Below are positions 43,830-50,750 of a DNA stretch of 50,750 nucleotides, piece after piece. The translations under genes and the position numbers were made by a program. The notes beneath the pieces were generated by a model. The model saw only the letters and a program-made list of their open reading frames with translations. It was not told the DNA's origin and did not search any database. Each line of letters begins with the position of its first letter. The first letter of the stretch is position 1. This stretch comes from Planctomycetota bacterium. GTDB lineage: Bacteria; Planctomycetota; Planctomycetia; Pirellulales; Thermoguttaceae. The stretch spans positions 1 through 50,750 of the forward strand of contig JAJYGU010000390.1 of assembly GCA_021784975.1 (NCBI GenBank), given 5' to 3'.

Positions 43830-43859
43830 GGAGTGCGGTGATTTATCACCGCTTTTCTG
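43830..43859 (+). repeat. GGAGTGCGGTGAT..ATCACCGCTTTTCTG hairpin element (one of three related copies)
   Basis: Stem 43835-43842 / 43845-43852 plus TTTT. Related copies occur at 20479-20502 (plus orientation) and 20575-20604 (minus orientation). Confidence 0.6.
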
Positions 43860-43980
43860 AACCGGCGGAAAGATTGCTATACGATTTTTAGGTGAACCTC
43901 GACTGGCGCCCGTGTTGCGGAGAACGCCGGAAAAGCGGCAACAAATTGCCGACTCCAAAGAAAGCTCGCTTGTTTAAGGC

Positions 43981-44664
43981 CTAGCGGCCCAGAACGCCTA
44001 CCAGGCCCTCGACGACGTGGTTCGGCAGCGGGGCCGAGCGTAGCAGTTCGGCGGTGCGGCCCACGTCGTAAGGGATCCGTTTCAGGTGCATCTGGCCATC
44101 GCGAAATACCGCGTAACAGGCTTGGCCGTGAATATCGCGGGCCAGGCCGACGCTGCCGGGATTGACCACCGTCCGCTTGCCGAACGTCCGTATGCCTTGG
44201 ACGTGGGTGTGGCCCAGAAGCACAAAGTCGCCGTCCAACTCCGCGACTCGCGAGCCCCACTGGTCCATGCTGAGATATTCAAACAGATCGCCCTGCGGAG
44301 TCGCGTGGGCCATGCGGAAGTGCCGCCCCTCCCATTGAAAAAGGTCCACCACCTGCATGGTGCGCAAGAATTCGCATTCGTCGTCGCTCAACAGCGTGCG
44401 GTGCCAGGCGCGAGTGGCCAGCGAATACTCGCGGAAAGTTCCCATGCAGCGGCAGTCCACCCCGTAGCCCAAGGCGTTGTCGTGGTTTCCCCGGACAAGG
44501 TGGTCGGCGTTTTCTCTCAGCCAGCGGAGACATTCCGCCGGCTGCGGCCCGTAATCAACCACGTCCCCGCAGAATACCACTGCATCGTGTTCGGGCTCGG
44601 CTGCCAGCACCGCCTCCAGGGCTGGCCAGTTGCCGTGGATGTCGGACAAAATCAACAAGGTCAT
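43981..44664 (-). CDS. Metallophosphoesterase (YfcE/MJ0936-like)
   Basis: Motifs LSDIHGN, CGDVVDYG, GNHD, GHTH. Its ATG overlaps the MFS stop (ATGA at 44661-44664). Confidence 0.9.
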   Translation of the reverse strand: MTLLILSDIHGNWPALEAVLAAEPEHDAVVFCGDVVDYGPQPAECLRWLRENADHLVRGNHDNALGYGVDCRCMGTFREYSLATRAWHRTLLSDDECEFLRTMQVVDLFQWEGRHFRMAHATPQGDLFEYLSMDQWGSRVAELDGDFVLLGHTHVQGIRTFGKRTVVNPGSVGLARDIHGQACYAVFRDGQMHLKRIPYDVGRTAELLRSAPLPNHVVEGLVGVLGR

Positions 44665-46259
44665 GTTGTCTCCAATGCGGACCTGGGGTGAAGGACGCGT
44701 CGCGCCAGCGTCCCTACGATGGTGATGCCGGCCAGCAGAAGGGCGGCCTGGCAGAAGCTGCCGTACATTTCGGCGTAGGTCAGGTTGTCGGCCTGGTAGT
44801 TGACTGCCCGGTAGAAGAGCGAGCGGGCCTTGCGTTCGGCCACGCTGGGTGAGGCCCCGGATTGGACCAGCACCTCTTGCAATCGGGCCATCTCGGCCGA
44901 GAGCTCCGCGGCTTGGGTGGTGCCGACGTTCTCAGAAACGTAAACATACTGGGTTTGATGTCCGATGATCAGCCAGGTCACCAGCAGCCCGATGGACAGG
45001 CCACCGGCCATCGTCTGGAAGACCGGAAATAGCTGCCGAATATGCAGTTCAACGCTGGTTCGGCGAGAGACCATGGCGGTCAGCGAGGCGAACAGCCAAC
45101 CGAGGCCGAAGCCGGTGACGGCACGGCCCGGGGCCAGTTGCCAATGGAGCGGGGCCATAAACCAATCCAGGCGCATCGTATTTTCCACCCGCCAAAAGGG
45201 CCAGTCCATGGTGGTGCGGTTCAACAGCCACATTCCCAGGGCCAAGATCAACAAGCCCGAGACCGCGCCCCCGCTGCCCAAGGGGCGGCGGCGGAGCCAG
45301 AGGCTGGCGATGGCCAGCGCTAAGGCGGTGCCGATCGGCATCGACCAGACGAGCCAGGAGCGTTGCCACACATCGTAATTGATCAGCAGCCCGCTGTAGA
45401 TCGTCATGGTGGTGCCGTGGAAGAATTGGACGGCCCCGGCGAAGGCCATCAAGCCCAGGCGGAGTCCATTCTCGCGGACCGCTGCCAAGTCGAGCGCTCC
45501 GCGGAGCAGCCAGCACGTGCCAACCAGGCCGAGGCCGCCGGCCGCATAGGCGAGGAGGACCAGCGGACTTTCTGACCAACCTTGAAGCTGTCCCCAATGG
45601 AGGCAGTACCAGCCGGCAGCCACGGCGAGGACCAGCCAGGGCAAGTACAGAATCGGCCCGGCAGGCAACAGACGCGGCGGCTGGGCAGCCTTCGTCGGGG
45701 GCATCGCCAGGACCGCCGCGAAGCACACCAGCCCCAAGAGCCCCTCGAAAAGGAATCCGCCCTCCCAAGCCGCCGTCCCGTAGAGAAAACTTGCCCCGCC
45801 GATCAACGGTGCTCCCAGCGGCGGCAGGAGGATCGCCGCCCAGGCGACCGTGCGGTCCCAACGCGGCTCCAAGAGCATCGGGGTGTAGAAGAGCACCAGC
45901 CCGCCGCCGATGCCCGCCAGCACCCGGCCGGTCAGAAATCCCCATAGCGGCCACTCGACGAAGAAGCCGTTCAGCGCCGAGCCGCCCGCGAAGGCCGCCA
46001 ATCCGAACAAGACCGGGCCGCGGAAACCGAGCCATGGAAAATGACGCAAGAGGTGGGGACTGGCCAACAAGGTCAAGGCGATGGCCAACAGATAGCCGCT
46101 GTGGAGACTATAGGCCTCGGCCGTGACCCAGCCGCGGGCGTTGTACATTTCCCGGAAGTTCAGCGTATGGCCGGCGGTGGTCAACCAGATCACTGCGATG
46201 GCCGCCAAGGGCGCCGCCGCCAATAGCCGGTCCCAGAGAGAACTGGCGCGCGCGATCAT
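44661..46259 (-). CDS. MFS efflux transporter (14-TM DHA2/EmrB-like)
   Basis: ATG at 46259 (the track ORF extends to 46469 over the neighbouring gene). About 14 hydrophobic segments. It is encoded downstream of HlyD and TolC-like genes. Confidence 0.8.
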   Translation of the reverse strand: MIARASSLWDRLLAAAPLAAIAVIWLTTAGHTLNFREMYNARGWVTAEAYSLHSGYLLAIALTLLASPHLLRHFPWLGFRGPVLFGLAAFAGGSALNGFFVEWPLWGFLTGRVLAGIGGGLVLFYTPMLLEPRWDRTVAWAAILLPPLGAPLIGGASFLYGTAAWEGGFLFEGLLGLVCFAAVLAMPPTKAAQPPRLLPAGPILYLPWLVLAVAAGWYCLHWGQLQGWSESPLVLLAYAAGGLGLVGTCWLLRGALDLAAVRENGLRLGLMAFAGAVQFFHGTTMTIYSGLLINYDVWQRSWLVWSMPIGTALALAIASLWLRRRPLGSGGAVSGLLILALGMWLLNRTTMDWPFWRVENTMRLDWFMAPLHWQLAPGRAVTGFGLGWLFASLTAMVSRRTSVELHIRQLFPVFQTMAGGLSIGLLVTWLIIGHQTQYVYVSENVGTTQAAELSAEMARLQEVLVQSGASPSVAERKARSLFYRAVNYQADNLTYAEMYGSFCQAALLLAGITIVGTLARRVLHPRSALETT

Positions 46260-46269
46260 TCTGGTCACC

Positions 46270-46812
46270 TCACTCGCCGTGCAGCAGCCTTTCCCGCGGG
46301 AACATTCCATTGATCCACGCCAGTAGCAGCCCCTGCGGAGTCTGCAAGGTGAGCGTCGGCCGGTAGGGATGGTCGAGGCCGGCACGCTCCAGTCGCCCGG
46401 CCAACTCCTCATAGATGCCGGCGATGAACTTCTCCTGTTGCTCCGCGCCGAGCTCGCCCCAGCCTGCACCGGTGGTGAGAATCACCGGTAGACGCGGCTC
46501 TTGTTGGTAAACTCCGACGCCGTAGGGCAGAAGGGTTTGGGCGACCGGCAGGACCTCGGTGCGGCTGAACAGCGGACGGCCTTTAGGGCTCCTGTTGGCG
46601 GTCTGCACCCAACGCTGGAATTCCTCTGCGACGCGAAGCAGCTTAGGCTCGCTGATGACCGAACGAAGGTATGCCGGCGGAAGGCTTTCCGGCTGGCCTT
46701 CCGGAACATTCGGAGAAGGCTGGCCGCAACCGGACAAGATCACCAACATCAGGCCCGCAACGGCTGCCTGCTTCGCAACGCTCCTGAGCGGCCGTCCAGC
46801 AACAACTTCCAC
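46270..46812 (-). CDS. Lipoprotein of unknown function
   Basis: Lipobox LSGC. GTG at 46812 (inside the element copy) gives MEVVAGRPLRSVAKQAAVAGLMLVILSGC. The only in-frame ATG (46749) leaves an 8-aa signal, which is too short. Confidence 0.5.
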   Translation of the reverse strand: MEVVAGRPLRSVAKQAAVAGLMLVILSGCGQPSPNVPEGQPESLPPAYLRSVISEPKLLRVAEEFQRWVQTANRSPKGRPLFSRTEVLPVAQTLLPYGVGVYQQEPRLPVILTTGAGWGELGAEQQEKFIAGIYEELAGRLERAGLDHPYRPTLTLQTPQGLLLAWINGMFPRERLLHGE

Positions 46813-46887
46813 TTTCGCCAAGGGGACAGTCCCATTTTCGTCGGACGAAAATTGGGACAGTCCCCAACTTGTTCTTGGACGGCCGCT
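46788..46887 (-). mobile_element. 100-bp MITE-like palindromic element, copy B
   Basis: It is the exact reverse complement of 43331-43430. It lies between two co-directional genes of the efflux operon. Confidence 0.85.
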
Positions 46888-46913
46888 AAGCACTGTTGGC
46901 TGGGGCATGCTAT

Positions 46914-47669
46914 TCACTTCCGCGCCGGCAGGTCGGGGGCATAAATGGTGAACGGGGTAGTGGCGGGCAGCGGCCGGTAGGAGCACTTGCCCACCACAAC
47001 CTGAAAGCTATCGCCGGGCTGTAAGGTGGCCTCCGCCCCGTGTTGCACGCCGATATAGGCGACGGCCGCCAGCAGGCCGATGCCCGCCCCGCTGCCAATC
47101 AACACCGGGTTGCTCTGGGCCAGTTGGGCGCCGAGGGCGGCCCCGATTCCGGCCCCCTCGAATTCCAGAAGCAGGCTGAGCATCTGCCGCTTCATGAGGG
47201 TGCTCCAGCGGCGGTCGTTCATGTCGATCGAGACGGCGCGGGGCACCGGGTATTTCTCATCCGTGGCTACCAGTTCCAGCAGGGTGATCTCCAGGTGTCC
47301 AGGCCGGCGAAAGGTCCCCGGGGGATGAATTTGCGTAATCGTGCCGCCCAGCAAGATACCGCACGGCACGCCGCCTCGCAGGACCTCGGCCACGAAGCGG
47401 TCTCCGGCCATCAAAGGCGGCCGGCTGTTGAGCACTCGTTCGCCGGGGCTGAGCGAATCGCAGGGGACCACCTCGCGGACCTTCAGGTCCAAGGTCTGCC
47501 CGGCGCCGAGCAACCCCGCGTCCGCACCGGCTGAAGTAACGGGCCGCCCACCGGCGCCCACTCCCCGTCCTCCGCTGTCGTCGCTCCGAGCTCTTGGCGA
47601 GGGGAACGAGACAACCAACAGCCAGCCACAGGCGATAAGAGCCACGATCAGTCGAAGTTCATCGCGCAT
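46914..47669 (-). CDS. Hypothetical membrane/secreted protein with a Gly-zipper segment
   Basis: ATG at 47669. N-terminal TM segment LIVALIACGWLLVV and C-terminal GAGIGAALGAQLAQSNPVLIGSGAGIGLLAAVAYIG. Confidence 0.6.
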   Translation of the reverse strand: MRDELRLIVALIACGWLLVVSFPSPRARSDDSGGRGVGAGGRPVTSAGADAGLLGAGQTLDLKVREVVPCDSLSPGERVLNSRPPLMAGDRFVAEVLRGGVPCGILLGGTITQIHPPGTFRRPGHLEITLLELVATDEKYPVPRAVSIDMNDRRWSTLMKRQMLSLLLEFEGAGIGAALGAQLAQSNPVLIGSGAGIGLLAAVAYIGVQHGAEATLQPGDSFQVVVGKCSYRPLPATTPFTIYAPDLPARK

Positions 47670-47697
47670 CTTGTGCCTTTCCGATCAATGGGTGCCG

Positions 47698-49305
47698 TTA
47701 CTGAAAAAGCCCCGCCAGCCAACTGCTCTTTTTCGGAGCTTCCTGGGGCGGACACGGAGGAACTACGTGCTCGACGTAATCCAGCAGCAATTCGGTGGCC
47801 CGGAGCACGTCCAGCCGGGCAAGCTGCAGGTTGTACCACGCCGTCCAGCGATTGGCGTCCGCCTGCACGACGTTCAGCCGCGCCCCCAACACGTCGAGCA
47901 CGATCGCCTGGCGGTTTTGATACCGCTGGACCTGGCGGGCATACTGCTGGCTGGCCAGTTCCACCTCGGTTTCCTTCTGCTGCCAATTCTGGATGGCCAG
48001 TTGCCACTGGTCCCAGGAGTTGCCGGCATCGACGGCCACGTCCACCAAGGCTTTTTCCAAGTCCAACTCCGAGCGGACCACGTCGAGCTTGGCGCGCCGT
48101 AAATTAGCCCAGAGGCCCACGTCGAAGGCCGGGATTTCATCGTAGAAGCCGAACACCAGCCCGAGCGAAGTTGGGCCGCTGAGCTCGCGATTGGCCAGCC
48201 CCAACGGCAGCGTGCCCAGCCCGAGGAACCGCAGGACGCTCCGCTGCTGTTGCAGCCGGGCAATGGTCACGCCCTCCAGCAGCATCCGCACCTCGAAACG
48301 CTGCCGTTTGGCCAGGGCGACCGCTTCTTGCCGGCTGGCAGGGAAGTTCGCAACGCAGTGCAGGTCGATCGGCTCGGCATCGGCCAGGTCGAACTCGAAA
48401 TCCTCTTGCGGCCCAATCGGCAGCGGGCCACGATCCTGGGGCACCAGCAGCCGGCTGCGGTGCATCACCGAACCCAGCTCCCGCTGGGTCTGCCGTTGGT
48501 CCCGCTGAAGGGCCGCTAAGTTGACGCGGACCTTGCCCTGGTCGATCCGCGCCTGCTCGACCTCAATCGGATACGCCTGCCGTTCTTCCAGCCGGTGTTG
48601 GAGCACGGAGACCGTTTGGTCGGCCACCTGCACCCCCAATTCCGCCACGTGGAGATGGTAGAGCACCTGCTTGGCGTCGAAGTAGCGCTGAGCGACCAAC
48701 ACCATCTGACTGCGGCGGACGAGTTGTTCCGCGATCTGCTTGAACTGGATGCCGTGCTCGGCGATCGGCAGGGCGGTGATCTGGCCCGAGGGGTCCAGCG
48801 GGAAGAACAGGTTGACCCCGTTGGAGGCCACCCGGTCCAAGCCGGGAAAACCGTTGAAGGTCGAACCGCTAAAGGTGATGCCCGGAAAGGCGATTTGCGG
48901 CACCCCCACGCCCTCCGCCCGCCAAAGCCCGTAGGCCAGTTGCGGCATGGACGCCAGCGGAAGAAACGACTTCAGGGCCTCGAACTTCGCCACCGCGGCT
49001 GTACGGGTGGCTACCTGAGCCTGGACGACCTGGACGGCGGCCAGCCCGGAGGCGAAGGCGTCGCTGAGATGAAGGACTCCCGGATGCAGGCTCGTCGAAA
49101 GGGGCGGAGGGGCCGGGATGGGCTCCGGCCTTTTCTCGTCGCCCAAGGCTGGCTTGCCGAGTACAATGGCCAGACCAGCCAGAGCTGCCGAGCAGGCGGT
49201 TGCCCACGGGCGCAAAACGTGCGTGCCTCGACGCAGCGTGCGACCTGCGACGGGGAAGAATGCAAAATGAAAATTGAAAACTGAAAATTGAAAATTGAAA
49301 ATCAT
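47698..49305 (-). CDS. TolC-family outer-membrane efflux protein
   Basis: Two repeated coiled-coil/beta modules typical of OEP proteins. The ATG at 49305 lies inside an A/T heptamer repeat, so TTG at 49215 (MRPWATACSAALAGLAIVLG) is a plausible true start. Confidence 0.8.
   Translation of the reverse strand: MIFNFQFSVFNFHFAFFPVAGRTLRRGTHVLRPWATACSAALAGLAIVLGKPALGDEKRPEPIPAPPPLSTSLHPGVLHLSDAFASGLAAVQVVQAQVATRTAAVAKFEALKSFLPLASMPQLAYGLWRAEGVGVPQIAFPGITFSGSTFNGFPGLDRVASNGVNLFFPLDPSGQITALPIAEHGIQFKQIAEQLVRRSQMVLVAQRYFDAKQVLYHLHVAELGVQVADQTVSVLQHRLEERQAYPIEVEQARIDQGKVRVNLAALQRDQRQTQRELGSVMHRSRLLVPQDRGPLPIGPQEDFEFDLADAEPIDLHCVANFPASRQEAVALAKRQRFEVRMLLEGVTIARLQQQRSVLRFLGLGTLPLGLANRELSGPTSLGLVFGFYDEIPAFDVGLWANLRRAKLDVVRSELDLEKALVDVAVDAGNSWDQWQLAIQNWQQKETEVELASQQYARQVQRYQNRQAIVLDVLGARLNVVQADANRWTAWYNLQLARLDVLRATELLLDYVEHVVPPCPPQEAPKKSSWLAGLFQ
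49268..49302. repeat. Five tandem heptamers TGAAAAT/TGAAAAC
   Basis: tgaaaat tgaaaac tgaaaat tgaaaat tgaaaat: an A/T island between the HlyD and TolC-like genes. Confidence 0.8.
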
Positions 49306-49362
49306 TTCATTACGTCTACTAACCCTTCACCAGGCCCCAGCCCGCGGAACGCCCCACGCCCC

Positions 49363-50736
49363 TCACCACCGTCCGGCTGCCTTCTGGTTCTCATGGCGGA
49401 CCAAGCGAGTAGTGTCGATGGTGATCCGCGCCGACATCCCCGGCCGAATACGCATCTGCCAATTCTCCTTTTCGGTAAAGCGGATACGGACTGGCAGTCG
49501 CTGCACCACGCGGGTGAAATTGCCGGTCGCATTATCGGGCGGAAAGAGCGAGAACACCGCGCCTGTCCCTCCCTCCACGCTCTCCACGTAGCCGCCAAAC
49601 TCCCGACCGGGAATCCCGTCCAGCCGGATGCGGACCGGCTGGCCGATCTGCACCCCGGCCATCTGTTCTTCCCGCAAGTTGGCCACGATCCAGACATTGT
49701 TGAAGTCCAAAGGCACAATGCTCAGAAACGCTTGTCGAGCGGCCAGGGTCTGGCCCAACTGGATAGTCCGCCGGCTCACGATTCCGGCCTGGGGCGCGCG
49801 GACCAGCGTGTAGCCCAGGCGGAGCTTGGCTTCCCGCAACTTCGCCTCGGCTTGGGTCACCTTGTTGGCCTGGGCCAATGCGGCCGCCTCGGCTACCTTC
49901 GGTTGGAGCTGGGTGGCCTGGGCCTGGCCGAGCCCTGCCCGGACCTGCTCCAACTGATTTTGGGTCTGCCCCACTTTGACGGTCGCCTGGTTGAGGGAAA
50001 CCTTGTCCGCAGCCACCTGGCGTTCGGCGGCCGCCATGTTCGCTCGCAGCGCCGCCAGCCGCGCCTGGGCGTCCCGCCAGGCCGCCTGTTTGTCGTCGAA
50101 CGCCTGCCCGGAAACCGCCCCGGCGGCTGCTAGTCGGGCAAATCGCTGTTGATAATCGCGGGCATTCTCCAACAGGGCTTCCAGGCCGGGCGCCTGGGCC
50201 CGCAACGCATCGAGCGCTTGGCCGTCTTTTTCCAACAGATAGCGCTTGCTATCCACGTCGAGGCGGGCGGCCTGCAGTAGCCGCTCGTACTCGGGGACCT
50301 TCGCCTGCGCGCCTTGCAGCACTGCCGCCTGGTTTTGCGTGTTTAGCCGGACGGTCGTTTCCGCCGCCAAGGCATCGGCCTTCGCTTGCGCCAGGTCGGC
50401 GGTTGCCTGATCGACGGCGATCTGATAAGGAATTGGATCCAATTGCGCCAGCGGCTCTCCTGATCGGACCACCATGTTGTCGTCCGTGTACAGGGCCACC
50501 ACCTGGCCGGCCACCTCGGCGCCGATTGGGGTGATATTGCCCACCACGTAGGCATTGTCGGTGGAGACGTTGATGCGCGATTGCCGCCACCACCAGAAGC
50601 CGCCGGCCGCCAGCAGGACGAGTAATGCTGCCAACAAGATTCCCCCCGCCCAGCGGGTCAGCTTCTCGACGGCCGCCCGAGAACGCACCGAGGGGCGGGG
50701 CCTTCGCGAAACCGCATTCGCCGGAGCGTGGGACAT
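49363..50736 (-). CDS. HlyD-family membrane fusion protein (EmrA-like)
   Basis: An N-terminal TM segment, then NAYVVGNITPIGAEVAGQVVALYTDDNMVVRSGEPLAQLD (biotinyl-lipoyl-like hairpin), a long coiled coil, and a C-terminal beta-barrel domain. Confidence 0.9.
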   Translation of the reverse strand: MSHAPANAVSRRPRPSVRSRAAVEKLTRWAGGILLAALLVLLAAGGFWWWRQSRINVSTDNAYVVGNITPIGAEVAGQVVALYTDDNMVVRSGEPLAQLDPIPYQIAVDQATADLAQAKADALAAETTVRLNTQNQAAVLQGAQAKVPEYERLLQAARLDVDSKRYLLEKDGQALDALRAQAPGLEALLENARDYQQRFARLAAAGAVSGQAFDDKQAAWRDAQARLAALRANMAAAERQVAADKVSLNQATVKVGQTQNQLEQVRAGLGQAQATQLQPKVAEAAALAQANKVTQAEAKLREAKLRLGYTLVRAPQAGIVSRRTIQLGQTLAARQAFLSIVPLDFNNVWIVANLREEQMAGVQIGQPVRIRLDGIPGREFGGYVESVEGGTGAVFSLFPPDNATGNFTRVVQRLPVRIRFTEKENWQMRIRPGMSARITIDTTRLVRHENQKAAGRW

Positions 50737-50750
50737 GCGAGCACCTCAGG

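Noticed and set aside
43087-43891. ORFs 43087-43479 and 43325-43891 (plus strand), and 40091-40741 (minus strand), as protein-coding genes.
   Set aside because: They are translations of the palindromic/MITE-like elements and terminator hairpins (GTVPIFV, SSDENGTVPLAKVEVVAGRP). The same peptide appears in an unrelated context at 46.8 kb.
46260-46469. MFS ORF start at 46469, and lipoprotein ORF start at 46986.
   Set aside because: The 46469 extension overlaps the 3' end of the lipoprotein gene and encodes Arg/Ser-rich junk. The 46986 extension crosses the 100-bp element and the end of the upstream gene.
10852-46887. A CRISPR array as the explanation for the recurring palindromic repeats.
   Set aside because: The copies are tens of kilobases apart. 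They are not arranged as regularly spaced direct repeats with unique spacers, and no cas genes are present.
1-50750. tRNA, rRNA, tmRNA, prophage, integrase or transposase genes.
   Set aside because: I checked the intergenic regions by eye. None shows a cloverleaf-compatible sequence or rRNA-like conservation, and no ORF shows recombinase or transposase motifs. A tRNAscan/Infernal run would be needed to exclude small RNAs formally.

Overview
High-GC window, probably Planctomycetota (Pirellulales-like). The clues are many twin-arginine-signal oxidoreductases, a BBP7-like porin, Cys/Pro-rich secreted proteins and characteristic dispersed hairpin repeats. I saw no rRNA, tRNA, CRISPR array, transposase or integrase. 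Left to right: part of a Tad/Cpa pilus locus (cpaF-tadB-tadC), a transglutaminase-like protein, an O-methyltransferase and a UvrD/PcrA helicase. Next comes a translationally coupled operon (standalone RNAP alpha-CTD protein, DUF3592 membrane protein, arrestin-like protein, P-loop protein), an OBG/DRG GTPase, a low-GC two-gene cassette and PolX. A sugar-utilisation neighbourhood follows: xylA, ThuA, SSS symporter, GH20-like protein, MFS sugar porter, and a Tat aldo/keto reductase coupled to a tetraheme cytochrome c. The most interesting region is a tightly packed minus-strand operon at 28989-35992 (ferredoxin, radical SAM, DxDDTA class II cyclase, DUF116-polyprenyl synthase fusion, prenyltransferase-repeat protein). 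It matches neither hopanoid nor canonical diterpene clusters. The operon has a truncated aquaporin stub at its 3' edge, one in-frame TAG in the cyclase, and three copies of a palindromic GGGACNGTCCC element with the reading frame still open through them. More Tat oxidoreductases follow. The window ends with an HlyD-TolC-MFS efflux operon in which two perfect 100-bp inverted element copies bracket about 3.4 kb. Product calls rest on motifs read by eye, and no database search was run.
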